This document shows, one piece after another, positions 9,854-18,711 of a DNA stretch of 64,000 nt. Below the pieces are notes generated by a model. It made no database searches, was not told where the DNA came from, and worked only from the letters and a program-made list of their open reading frames with translations. A program made the translations under genes and the position numbers. The DNA is taken from assembly GCA_963784105.1 (NCBI GenBank), contig CAWAQE010000007.1, positions 54,821-118,820 of the forward strand, given 5' to 3'. The stretch is from an uncultured Gammaproteobacteria bacterium (GTDB lineage: Bacteria; Pseudomonadota; Gammaproteobacteria; Steroidobacterales; Steroidobacteraceae). Every line of letters starts with the position of its first letter. Position 1 is the stretch's first letter.

Positions 9854-11395
9854 ATGAACCCGGCAATCGTCAACTTCATGGCCATCTGCACCGCCTTCGC
9901 GGCGCTGCTCCTGCCGGCCGCGCCTCGCGCGCAGTCGCCTATTCCCACCTGCAGGACTTGCCACGGCCCAAGCGGCGAAGGCAACCCGGCGATCGGCGCG
10001 CCGCGAATCGCCGATTTGCCGCCGGCCTATGCGGAGCGCCAGCTGGAGAATTTTGCGAGCGGCAAGCGCTTCAATACTCTAATGACACCCATCGCCAAGT
10101 CGCTGTCGGCGCAGGATAGAACTGCTGTGGCCGACTTCTACGCACCGCCCCATAAGCCATCCTCCGCTCCAGGCCGGCCGTCTTCCCCCCCGGGGCAGTC
10201 GTCCTCGCCGAGTCTTGGCGAGCAGCTGGCATTACGCGGCCGGTGGAACGACGAATTGCCCGGCTGTGTCCAGTGCCACGGCTCCGCCGGCATCGGTGTA
10301 GGCGATGAATTTCCGCCTCTGACGGGACAGTCGGCGCTCTACCTGGAGAACCAGCTGCGCGCCTGGAAGTCGGGAACTCGGGACCCCGGGCCGCAGGATC
10401 TGATGGCCGGAATTGCCGATAAACTCTCTGCCGCGGACATCGAGGCGGTCGCTGCCTATTTCAGCCAAGAACCCGCCCCGGCCGGCTCGCCTGCCTCATC
10501 TCAGCCGCTCGTTACGGGCCCTGCGACCCGTGAATCGACGTCCTCCTCGTTCATGCCTCCCGCAGAATCCGATATTCCGAAAACTGAATTCGGGAAAATG
10601 GTGCGCGCCGGCGAGAACATATTCGACAATCCCAAACAGTATGCGCCCGCCTTCGTGGGCAACGCTCTGCGATGCAGTAGCTGCCACCTCGATGCGGGGC
10701 GCAAGGCCGACTCGGCGCCACTCTGGGCGGCTTACGTGGCCTATCCCGAATATCGGGCCAAGAACAAGAAGGTCAACACGTTCGAAGAACGCCTTCAGGG
10801 ATGTTTTCAATTCAGCATGAACGGCAAGGCGCCGCCGCTCGGCGATCCGGTGCTGGTGGCGCTGGAGTCCTATTCCTATTGGCTGGCAAGCGGTGCGACC
10901 GTTGAGCCCAATCTCCCAGGACGCGGATATCCGAAGCTTTCGAAACCCGCGATGGCGGCGGATTATGATCGGGGCGAAGCCGTATTTGGAAAGCAATGCG
11001 CCCTTTGTCACGGCGCCGATGGAGCCGGTAGGCTGGCAAACGACGGCAGCATGGCCTTCCCGGCCCTATGGGGCAATGGATCGTTCAATTGGGGCGCGGG
11101 CATGGCCGGCATCGCAAATGCTGCCGCCTTCATCGAAGCGAATATGCCGTTCAGCCGCGCGCGAACACTGACGCCGCAGCAGGCCTGGGATGTCGCGACC
11201 TTCATGGACAGCCATGAGCGGCCCCAGGATCCACGATTCACGGTGTCCGTGGCGGCGACGCGCGCGAAGTTTCATGACTCTCCTGATTCGATGTACGGCG
11301 TGAAGGTCGGTGGGCGCGTGCTTGGCAGCGGCTCGGCCAAACCCGGAGGCACCTTGCGCCATGGACCCGCAAACCGAGGCAATGCCGCGACCTAG
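9854..11395 (+). CDS. tsdA: Tetraheme cytochrome c, TsdB (c4-type diheme) fused to TsdA-like thiosulfate dehydrogenase/tetrathionate reductase
   Basis: 513 aa with a signal peptide and four CxxCH motifs (CRTCH, CVQCH, CSSCH, CALCH). The N-terminal half has two c4-like repeats (..LENFASGKR.. and ..LENQLRAWKSGTR..). The C-terminal half has TsdA/SoxA-like FVGNALRCSSCHLDAGRK...EERLQGCFQFSMNG...GKQCALCHGADGAG...FPALWGNGSFNWGAGM. Confidence 0.75.
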   Translation: MNPAIVNFMAICTAFAALLLPAAPRAQSPIPTCRTCHGPSGEGNPAIGAPRIADLPPAYAERQLENFASGKRFNTLMTPIAKSLSAQDRTAVADFYAPPHKPSSAPGRPSSPPGQSSSPSLGEQLALRGRWNDELPGCVQCHGSAGIGVGDEFPPLTGQSALYLENQLRAWKSGTRDPGPQDLMAGIADKLSAADIEAVAAYFSQEPAPAGSPASSQPLVTGPATRESTSSSFMPPAESDIPKTEFGKMVRAGENIFDNPKQYAPAFVGNALRCSSCHLDAGRKADSAPLWAAYVAYPEYRAKNKKVNTFEERLQGCFQFSMNGKAPPLGDPVLVALESYSYWLASGATVEPNLPGRGYPKLSKPAMAADYDRGEAVFGKQCALCHGADGAGRLANDGSMAFPALWGNGSFNWGAGMAGIANAAAFIEANMPFSRARTLTPQQAWDVATFMDSHERPQDPRFTVSVAATRAKFHDSPDSMYGVKVGGRVLGSGSAKPGGTLRHGPANRGNAAT

Positions 11396-11402
11396 TTGCC
11401 TA

Positions 11403-11843
11403 CTACCGCTTGCGGTCATAGTACGTCGAGTCGACGCTGATTCTGCCTCCTCTGACGGTGTACACGGACATGATCCTCACGTTGAGGGCCTTGTCCGCCG
11501 CACCTTGCCAATGGCCGGTCAGCGCGAATTGCACGTACACTTTGTCCCCCGAACTGCCCAGGCTCTGGATCGTGTCTTGGGCATCGGGGATGGCATTGAA
11601 CAAGCTGCGATACGTATCGGCAATCGGCCCATTGCCCGTGAGGTCAGGATAGTCCGGACTGTGTAGTATGGCGTCGGCGGCGTAGATACTCTGGATGGCG
11701 GAGGCATCGTGCCTGTTGAAGGCTGCAAACTTCAGGCGGACCGTATTGAGGATATCCGCATTGCCGCGGGTACCCGCAAGTCCACAGGCACTCGTTAGGC
11801 AGCTCGCCAAGCAGACCAAAGCAAACATGCATGCTGTTTTCAT
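11403..11843 (-). CDS. SnoaL-like / NTF2-fold protein with signal (lipoprotein-like) peptide
   Basis: The ATG at 11843 gives MKTACMFALVCLASCLTSACG. The body FAAFNRHDASAIQSIYAADAILHSPDYP...YVQFALTGHWQG...SVYTVRGGRISVDSTYYD is typical of SnoaL/ketosteroid-isomerase-like domains. Confidence 0.6.
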   Translation of the reverse strand: MKTACMFALVCLASCLTSACGLAGTRGNADILNTVRLKFAAFNRHDASAIQSIYAADAILHSPDYPDLTGNGPIADTYRSLFNAIPDAQDTIQSLGSSGDKVYVQFALTGHWQGAADKALNVRIMSVYTVRGGRISVDSTYYDRKR

Positions 11844-11855
11844 GATGAGAAGACT

Positions 11856-12722
11856 ATGCAACCAGGGCCTGTCTCAATGATTGGAAAAACCCGACACGTG
11901 GATGAAAGCTCCGTGGGCCGAGGCGAGCCGAAATCGCCTGCCTTTGCTCGAGGATGCGGCGTATTGAGGCATTCCCCGCCTCCCGGAACCTATCGGCACA
12001 CTCGATACGCTCCGCCCGGCGCCCTCGCCGGCTGGGTGCAATACTTCTGGATCGAAAGCTGGGACCTGCAAGGATGCGCACCGCAGAGAAGGGAGGTGTT
12101 GCCTCACCCTTCTGTCCATTTGGTCTTCGCGCGGGGCCGCTCGCGGGTATATGGGGTACAGCTGGGCCGCTTTGTCCGCGAGCTCAAGGACAGTGACTGC
12201 GTGTTCGGCGTTAAATTTCGGCCGGGCGCCTTCTATCCATTCTTGCGCAAGCCGGTTTACTCCATCGCGAACTCGTCATTTCCGGCGCAGCAGCTGTTCG
12301 GCGATGTGCCCGCGGCCGAGGAGGAAGTGCTCTCGTGCAGCGATGATGCCGGCATGGTTGAAGCGGCGTCCGGATTCCTCTCGGCCCGGCTGCCGCCGCA
12401 CGACCCCACCGTCGAGGACGCGTGCGGCGCCGTGGCGGCGATCGCCGACGATCGCCGCGTAATGCGGGTGGAGGACCTCGTTGCCCGCTGCGGCATCCAG
12501 GACCGAACGCTGCAACGAATGTTCCGGCGATACATCGGTGCAAGCGCACGATGGGTGATCAAGCGGTACCGCCTGTACGAAGCGCTCGATCGCTTGAACG
12601 ACGGGAATCGATCGGAATGGGCGGCCCTCGCCCAGGCGTTGGGCTACTTCGACCAGGCGCACTTCATCAACGACTTCAAGAAACTCGTCGGCCGCTCCCC
12701 GGCCGCGTATCTCAAGGCATGA
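11856..12722 (+). CDS. AraC-family transcriptional regulator
   Basis: C-terminal double HTH: RTLQRMFRRYIGASARWVIKRYRLYEALDRL...WAALAQALGYFDQAHFINDFKKLVGRSPAAYLK. The start is uncertain; in-frame alternatives are the ATG at 11877 and the TTG at 11964. It is divergent from the SnoaL-like gene. Confidence 0.8.
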   Translation: MQPGPVSMIGKTRHVDESSVGRGEPKSPAFARGCGVLRHSPPPGTYRHTRYAPPGALAGWVQYFWIESWDLQGCAPQRREVLPHPSVHLVFARGRSRVYGVQLGRFVRELKDSDCVFGVKFRPGAFYPFLRKPVYSIANSSFPAQQLFGDVPAAEEEVLSCSDDAGMVEAASGFLSARLPPHDPTVEDACGAVAAIADDRRVMRVEDLVARCGIQDRTLQRMFRRYIGASARWVIKRYRLYEALDRLNDGNRSEWAALAQALGYFDQAHFINDFKKLVGRSPAAYLKA

Positions 12723-12723
12723 A

Positions 12724-13233
12724 GTGACCGTGGGAATCCCCGCGAGCGATGCACGAAGTCCGTCGGCGGTTCTGCGAGCGGCCGGCGCCTTTTTGCGCGT
12801 GGCGGGCGCCTTGATGATGGCGGCTCTGGCCGGATGCGCTTCGTCGCAGGCCGAACTCGTGGGCCATGCGCGTCCGGCGATATCCCCCGGTCAAGTGCAT
12901 ATTTATCTGCATCCCCCCGAGTCGAAATACGAACAGATCGCAAACCTCACCGCGTCCAGCGGCGGATCCTTCGCGTTCACGGCGGCGGCCAAAACGGACA
13001 AGGTCATCGAGCGCCTCAAACGCGAGGCCGCGAAGCTCGGCGCGAACGGTCTCCTCCTCCACGGCGTCGCGGATCAGGGCGATCCCTCCCTCGGAGCCGG
13101 CCTCAGCACGGAAACCAATTCGTCGCATTCGCCGTACGGACTCGGCTTCGGCGTCTGGGGCGTCTTCCATGAGAAGGCGGGAGATGCGGTCGCAATCTAC
13201 GTGCATCTCGGCGGATTCGCGGCGCCGAAGTAG
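12724..13233 (+). CDS. Hypothetical lipoprotein
   Basis: 169-aa ORF with a classical lipobox (MMAALAGC/ASSQ) followed by a small domain ...KYEQIANLTASSGG...KVIERLKREAAKLGANGLLLHGV. I do not recognise a specific family. The GTG start at 12724 is provisional. Confidence 0.5.
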   Translation: MTVGIPASDARSPSAVLRAAGAFLRVAGALMMAALAGCASSQAELVGHARPAISPGQVHIYLHPPESKYEQIANLTASSGGSFAFTAAAKTDKVIERLKREAAKLGANGLLLHGVADQGDPSLGAGLSTETNSSHSPYGLGFGVWGVFHEKAGDAVAIYVHLGGFAAPK

Positions 13234-13241
13234 CTATCCGC

Positions 13242-13898
13242 CTATTCGCGCGACCTTTCGCTCCGGCACCGGCGCGAGAATTCGTACCGATCCGATTCGG
13301 TCTCCAGCTCCACGGCAAGGCGGTCGATCAGATCCTCGGTGCCGGCTGCGCGCGCAGCCGCAGACTTTACCAAGTGTTTCGCGAGTGGGCCGATGTAGCC
13401 GGCCAGGCATCTTTCGATATAGCGCAGCTCGGCGGCGGCGAACGAATGCGCGGCCGCCGGGGGGGCGGCATGCGACACCGAATGCCCGGCCGGTTCCGAG
13501 GACAGCTGAGCCTTGATATAAGCGCATAGCCGCGCGTAATGCGGTTCTCGAGGCGGCGGAAACGCGTCCATCCAATGCTGCGCGCTCAGAAAAAACTCCA
13601 GACTCTTGGACGGCAGCACATCCTCCAGCCGAAACGGCAGGATGCTCAATTCCCTATGGACCGCCCTCTCCACCTCGCGGCGCACTTGCGGCGATAGATT
13701 GCTGCTGGCCGAAAACACCAAAATCATCACGCGCGCCGAGGAAATGGCATCCATGATTTCCGCCGCCCAATCCGCCGACGGCGCAATATCGCGCGGCGCA
13801 ATCCAGCAATCGATGCCCTGGCTTTCCAGCCGCGAGACCAGCTCGAAGGCGCAGTCATGATCGGGCTGGGAGTAGCTGATGAATACGCCGCGTGCCAT
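13242..13898 (-). CDS. TIR-domain protein with about 80-aa C-terminal helical tail
   Basis: 218 aa. The N-terminus MARGVFISYSQPDHDCAFELVSRLESQGIDCWIAPRDIAPSADWAAEIMDAISSARVMILVFSASSNLSPQVRREVERAV...ILPFRLEDV...SAQHWMDAF is the bacterial TIR_2-type pattern, including the candidate catalytic Glu after S..S. The tail contains ELRYIERCLAGYIGPLAKHLVKSAA. The ATG lies 3 nt after the stop of the upstream sensor gene. Confidence 0.8.
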   Translation of the reverse strand: MARGVFISYSQPDHDCAFELVSRLESQGIDCWIAPRDIAPSADWAAEIMDAISSARVMILVFSASSNLSPQVRREVERAVHRELSILPFRLEDVLPSKSLEFFLSAQHWMDAFPPPREPHYARLCAYIKAQLSSEPAGHSVSHAAPPAAAHSFAAAELRYIERCLAGYIGPLAKHLVKSAAARAAGTEDLIDRLAVELETESDRYEFSRRCRSERSRE

Positions 13899-13901
13899 CC
13901 G

Positions 13902-14771
13902 TCATTTCTCGAGCAGCTGCAGAGCCTTTTCCAGACTCTTGCGCATGCGGTTGAAGGAGCGGACCACCGAGGCGATTTCCCGGGCACCGTGCCGCGGAAA
14001 TTCGTCCGCCGTCATATCCCCCAGGCTCAATCGATCCGCGACCCGGGCGATTTGCCGCACCGGCCGCACCACCAAGAAGTACAGCACCGCGTTGACCACC
14101 AAAAACACCGCCGCAAATACCGAAACCAAGGAAACCATGAAGGCTCGAAATGCCCTGTCGGCATTCGCGCTCGCGCTGGCGAAGGGCACAGAAACCACCT
14201 GGGCACCCACCACCTCGCCGGTCTGCCAGCCGAATCCATTGTCGGCGCCGTAGCGCGCGACGAGACTGCGCGGCGCCGCGGAGGGTACGCTGTGGCAGGC
14301 CGCACACTCCGCCTCGTTGCGGATGGGCCGCGCCAGATAGAGCGATTTTCCCATCGGAGTGTCGCGCTCGCCCACAACCTCGGGCATGCGCGCATCGTTC
14401 CGAAACCGTTGAATGATGTCGCTCTCCCAGTCCGCGGCCCTATCGCGCGGGTTCGTCGGATTCAGCGTGGCCTCCTTGTAGGTGTATTCGGGATGCCGGG
14501 ATCGAAGCCGCAGGAAATTCTGGGTCGCCGCATAGAAAGGCACGCTTTGCGGCGGAAAATCGTTCTGGATTCGGTCCTTGAGCAAGGGCAGGATTTCGTT
14601 GGCCGTGTAGTCGCGGATGGCCAGGGCGCTGTCCATCATCAGGCCGGCATCGGCGAGCACTTCGCGCTGCGCATCGGCTTCGAGGATGGAGCGGCAGGAG
14701 TATCCCGTGAGCAGAGCCGCGGCAACGAACACCGCGCCCAGCGCCAGGTTGATTCGAATCAGCAGACTCAT
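13902..14771 (-). CDS. Membrane c-type-heme sensor domain (DUF3365/Tll0287-like) + HAMP protein, no output domain
   Basis: 289 aa. N-terminal TM helix (INLALGAVFVAAALL). Periplasmic domain with a single heme-c site CAACH followed by YGADNGFGWQTGEVVGAQVVSVP. Second TM (FMVSLVSVFAAVFLVVNAVLYFLVV), then HAMP RPVRQIARVADRLSLGDMTADEF...IASVVRSFNRMRKSLE, then the stop. Confidence 0.75.
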   Translation of the reverse strand: MSLLIRINLALGAVFVAAALLTGYSCRSILEADAQREVLADAGLMMDSALAIRDYTANEILPLLKDRIQNDFPPQSVPFYAATQNFLRLRSRHPEYTYKEATLNPTNPRDRAADWESDIIQRFRNDARMPEVVGERDTPMGKSLYLARPIRNEAECAACHSVPSAAPRSLVARYGADNGFGWQTGEVVGAQVVSVPFASASANADRAFRAFMVSLVSVFAAVFLVVNAVLYFLVVRPVRQIARVADRLSLGDMTADEFPRHGAREIASVVRSFNRMRKSLEKALQLLEK

Positions 14772-14932
14772 GCTGTAATAGCCGCGCAGGTCATTGGTGA
14801 ATTCCGCGCTTTTGTGGGGCCCATGCGCTCTCGAATATGCCGCATGGCGACATTCCTGCGGATATAGTAGATGATTTACTTCGATAACTCACGTAGCGTC
14901 CCTCCTTTTATCAGCCCTAGGGAATCCTTGGA

Positions 14933-17092
14933 ATGCGAGCGAGCGTCAGCGTCGATCAGCTTGGAATCGATCGGGTCTTGTACGATTTCGTCAATCAGGA
15001 AGCGATGCCGGGAACGGGGGTCGTGGAGCGGCCCTTTTGGGGCGGATTTGCGGCCCTGGTGCGGACTATGGCGCCGAGAAACGCGGCCCTGATGTTACGG
15101 CGCGACCAGTTGCAGGAAAAGATCGATGCCTGGCACCTGCGGCATCCGGGCGCGGCCTTCGATCGTGCGCGCTACAAAGAGCATCTGCTCGAGATCGGCT
15201 ATCTGATGCCCGAGAAGCAGCCCTTCGCCGTCGACACCGCGGATGTCGACCCGGAGATAGCGCTAATCGCGGGGCCGCAATTGGTGGTGCCGGTGAACAA
15301 CGCCAGGTATGCACTGAATGCCGCCAATGCACGCTGGGGGAGCCTCTACGACGCACTCTACGGCACCGACGCCATCGCGGGCGGCGCGGGCCATGCCCTC
15401 CGGTACGATCCGCAGCGCGGCGCCCAGGTCATCGCCTACGCCCGCGATTTCCTGGACGAGCGCTTTGCGCTCGCCGAAGGTACGCACCGGGAAGCCGTGG
15501 CCTACAGCATCGCCTCGCAGGGACTCGAGGTCCGGCTGAAGAGCGGCGGCAGGACGCGATTGAAAGACGAGACGGCATTGCGCGGCTTCCAGGGAGACGC
15601 TGATTCGCCGACGCTGCTGCTTCTGGTGCATTACGGGCTGCACGTGGAATTGCATATCGACCGGGCGCATTTCATCGGCCGCGGCGATCCCGCCGGAATC
15701 TGCGACCTGCTGCTCGAATCCGCGCTCACGACGATTCAGGACTGCGAAGACTCGGTGGCCGCGGTCGACGCCGCGGACAAGGTTCAGGTTTACCGAAACT
15801 GGCTGGGACTGATGAACGGCAGTCTCACGGCCCGCGTCGAGAAAGACGGCAAGGCGGCGCTGCGCCGCTTGAATCCGGACCGGCGGTATCGCACACCCGG
15901 CGGCGCGGAGCTGGTCCTGCCGGGACGCAGCCTCATGCTGGTGCGCAACGTCGGCCATCACATGATGTCCGACGCCGTGACTTTGGACGGCGGCCCCATT
16001 CCCGAGACCTTCATCGACGCCGCGGTGACCGCGCTCATTGCGCTGCATGACTTGCGGGGCGCGGGCGCGCGGCGCAATTCGCGCTCCGGATCGATATACA
16101 TCGTCAAACCCAAGATGCATGGTCCCGAAGAGGTCGCCTTCGCTGGCGAATTATTCGCCGCCGTCGAGGACCTGCTGGGCCTGCCCGCAAACACTCTGAA
16201 AATCGGCATCATGGACGAGGAACGCCGAACCAGCGTCAATCTTGCGGAATGCATTCGCGCCGCGCGGCACCGCGTGGTATTCATCAACACCGGATTTCTC
16301 GACCGCACCGGCGATGAAATACACACTTCCATGAATGCGGCGGCGGTATTGCGCAAGAGCGACCTCAAGAAGGCCGTATGGCTCGACGCCTATGAGCGGC
16401 AGAACGTCGACATCGGGCTCGCCTGCGGCCTGCGCGGCAGGGCGCAAATCGGCAAGGGCATGTGGGCCATGCCGGATCTGATGGCCGACATGCTCAAGAC
16501 CAAGGTCTCGCAGCCGCAAGCCGGTGCGAATACCGCCTGGGTACCCTCCCCGACCGCGGCGACCTTGCATGCCCTGCATTATCACAAGGTGAACGTCGCC
16601 GAAATTCAAACGCAGCTCGCCGGGCGCAAGCGCGCCTCGCTCGACGATATTTTGACGCCGCCGCTCGCGCCTGCGGCCCGCTGGAGCGAGGCCGAGATCG
16701 AGGAAGAGCTCAACAACAACGCGCAGAGCATACTGGGCTACGTGGTGCGCTGGATCGATTCCGGAGTCGGCTGCTCGAAAGTTCCGGATTACTACAACGT
16801 CGCCTTGATGGAGGATCGCGCCACGCTGCGCATTTCGAGCCAGCATGTCGCCAACTGGCTGCATCACGGCGTCTGCTCGCCCGATCAGGTAATGCAGGCG
16901 CTGCTGCGGATGGCCAAGGTGGTCGACCGGCAGAACGCTTCCGATCCCGCTTACCGGCGGCTCGCCGACGATCCGCAGAACAATCTCGCATTCAAGGCGG
17001 CGTGCGATTTGATATTCAAGGGCCGTGAGCAACCCAACGGCTACACCGAGGCGATTCTGCACGCCCGCAGGAAGGAGCGGAAGGCGCAGTAG
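14933..17092 (+). CDS. glcB: Malate synthase G
   Basis: 719 aa with full-length colinear resemblance to MSG: [21 protein letters not shown]..., ...[14 protein letters not shown]...[15 protein letters not shown]...[16 protein letters not shown]..., C-terminal ...[25 protein letters not shown]. Confidence 0.93.
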   Translation: MRASVSVDQLGIDRVLYDFVNQEAMPGTGVVERPFWGGFAALVRTMAPRNAALMLRRDQLQEKIDAWHLRHPGAAFDRARYKEHLLEIGYLMPEKQPFAVDTADVDPEIALIAGPQLVVPVNNARYALNAANARWGSLYDALYGTDAIAGGAGHALRYDPQRGAQVIAYARDFLDERFALAEGTHREAVAYSIASQGLEVRLKSGGRTRLKDETALRGFQGDADSPTLLLLVHYGLHVELHIDRAHFIGRGDPAGICDLLLESALTTIQDCEDSVAAVDAADKVQVYRNWLGLMNGSLTARVEKDGKAALRRLNPDRRYRTPGGAELVLPGRSLMLVRNVGHHMMSDAVTLDGGPIPETFIDAAVTALIALHDLRGAGARRNSRSGSIYIVKPKMHGPEEVAFAGELFAAVEDLLGLPANTLKIGIMDEERRTSVNLAECIRAARHRVVFINTGFLDRTGDEIHTSMNAAAVLRKSDLKKAVWLDAYERQNVDIGLACGLRGRAQIGKGMWAMPDLMADMLKTKVSQPQAGANTAWVPSPTAATLHALHYHKVNVAEIQTQLAGRKRASLDDILTPPLAPAARWSEAEIEEELNNNAQSILGYVVRWIDSGVGCSKVPDYYNVALMEDRATLRISSQHVANWLHHGVCSPDQVMQALLRMAKVVDRQNASDPAYRRLADDPQNNLAFKAACDLIFKGREQPNGYTEAILHARRKERKAQ

Positions 17093-17367
17093 CGCACGGC
17101 GCCGGCGAGCCGCCAGCGGTGCCCCCAAATCCGTGGCCGGCGCGGCCGGGAGAACCCTTCCAGCCCGTTCCTGACCGCTCGCCTGGACGGCGCGGCGACA
17201 ATCCGGTAAAGTGCCGCCCAGCTTAGTTCGGGTCGGTGCTCGGTCAGTGCCACCCTAAGCTCGCGGTCCGTCCTCGACGCACTTCGATTTTTCACCCTCC
17301 TCGCTGCTGACCGCTGCGGAAGCGAATGCTTCTGTCGTGCGAGTCCACATATATTTAAGGATTCTTA

Positions 17368-18696
17368 ATGTCATTTTCCGATCTCGGGCTATTGCCCGAA
17401 TTGCTGCGTGCTGTCGCCGATAAGGGCTACGACTCGCCTTCTCCCATTCAAATTCAGGCGATTCCGGCGGTGCTCGCCGGCCGCGACGTCCTCGCCGGCG
17501 CGCAAACCGGCACCGGCAAGACCGCCGGCTTCGTGCTGCCCATTTTGCAGCGGCTGGCCGCCGACCAGGCGAACGGCTCCAGCCGTGCGCCCCGTGTGCT
17601 GGTGCTCACCCCCACCCGCGAGCTTGCCGCGCAAGTGGCTCAGAGCGCCCGCGACTACGGCAAATACATGCAGCTGCGCACCTACCAAGTCTTCGGCGGC
17701 GTGAGCATCAATCCGCAGATCAGCGCTCTGCGCAGCGGCTGCGACATCCTGGTGGCAACTCCCGGCCGCCTGCTCGATCTCGCCCAGCAGCGCGCCGTGG
17801 ATCTTTCCAAGGTGCAGACGCTGGTGCTCGACGAAGCCGATCGCATGCTGGACATGGGTTTCATCAACGACATTCGCAAGATCATCAAGCTGCTGCCGCA
17901 GAAGCGGCAGAATCTGCTGTTTTCCGCCACGTATTCGGACGACATCCGCGGCTTGGCGGAGCGGCTGCTGCACGATCCTCTGTCGATACAAGTCGCGCCG
18001 CGCAACGCCCCGATCGAGCTGGTCGAACAGCGTGCGTATCGAGTGCAGAAGGAACAGAAGCGCCATCTATTGGTGCATCTGATCCAGGAAGGCCAGTGGC
18101 GCCAGGTATTGATCTTCACGCGCACCAAGCACGGCGCGAATCGATTGACCCAGCAGCTGGAGGGCGCCGGCATTCAAGCGGCGGCCATCCACGGCAACAA
18201 GAGCCAAGCTGCACGCGTGAAGGCCCTCGACATGTTCAAGCGCGGGCAGGTTACGGCATTGGTGGCCACGGAGGTTGCGGCGCGCGGCCTCGACATCAAG
18301 GAACTGCCGCAGGTGGTCAACTACGAATTGCCCAATGTGCCCGAGGACTACGTCCACCGCATCGGCCGTACCGGCCGGGCCGGCGCCGCGGGCGAAGCCA
18401 TCTCCCTGGTGTCGAGCGACGAGTCCGGGTTGCTGCGCGACATCGAGCGCGTCTTACGCCGCAGCATTCCGACGCTGCCCACGCCGGTTTTCAAGATCGT
18501 GGAGTCGACGCAGCAGCCGGCCTCTCACGGCGACCGAGGCGATCGCCCACAGGGCGATCGTCAGGGCAACCGTCCGGCGCAGGGTCAGAGCCGTCAGGGC
18601 GGCCACCACGGCGGCCGCGATTCGCGCCGCGCGCCCTCGGGCGGCGGTTCGGGCACGAGGAGCTTCGGCCAGCAACAGCGCGGACGGTTCCGCTGA
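17368..18696 (+). CDS. rhlE: DEAD-box ATP-dependent RNA helicase (RhlE-like) with basic Arg/Gly-rich tail
   Basis: 442 aa. Q-motif ...[13 protein letters not shown], motif [33 protein letters not shown]-terminal [31 protein letters not shown] tail. Preceded by a 275-nt non-coding leader. Confidence 0.9.
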   Translation: MSFSDLGLLPELLRAVADKGYDSPSPIQIQAIPAVLAGRDVLAGAQTGTGKTAGFVLPILQRLAADQANGSSRAPRVLVLTPTRELAAQVAQSARDYGKYMQLRTYQVFGGVSINPQISALRSGCDILVATPGRLLDLAQQRAVDLSKVQTLVLDEADRMLDMGFINDIRKIIKLLPQKRQNLLFSATYSDDIRGLAERLLHDPLSIQVAPRNAPIELVEQRAYRVQKEQKRHLLVHLIQEGQWRQVLIFTRTKHGANRLTQQLEGAGIQAAAIHGNKSQAARVKALDMFKRGQVTALVATEVAARGLDIKELPQVVNYELPNVPEDYVHRIGRTGRAGAAGEAISLVSSDESGLLRDIERVLRRSIPTLPTPVFKIVESTQQPASHGDRGDRPQGDRQGNRPAQGQSRQGGHHGGRDSRRAPSGGGSGTRSFGQQQRGRFR

Positions 18697-18711
18697 GGCG
18701 GACGCTTCCGC

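Noticed and set aside
13242-14771. Classifying the TIR locus as Thoeris, CBASS, Pycsar or another known TIR-containing defence system.
   Set aside because: No SIR2, Macro/SLOG, cyclase, STING, CapV-like or TM-effector gene lies within several kb. The only tightly linked partner is the heme-HAMP sensor, so it is reported as an uncharacterised pairing instead.
1-14932. Treating the accessory-looking first 14.9 kb as a genomic island or integrated element.
   Set aside because: I found no integrase, transposase, tRNA attachment site, flanking direct repeats or obvious compositional break by eye. The genes look like ordinary lineage-specific chromosomal content.
17093-17367. Small ORFs (for example 17041-17295 and 17016-17201 on the minus strand) or an sRNA in the 275-nt glcB-rhlE spacer.
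   Set aside because: The translations are Arg/Pro-rich with no start context or conservation signal I can see. There is no convincing promoter-plus-terminator pair. The region is most simply a long rhlE 5' leader. It is left unannotated.
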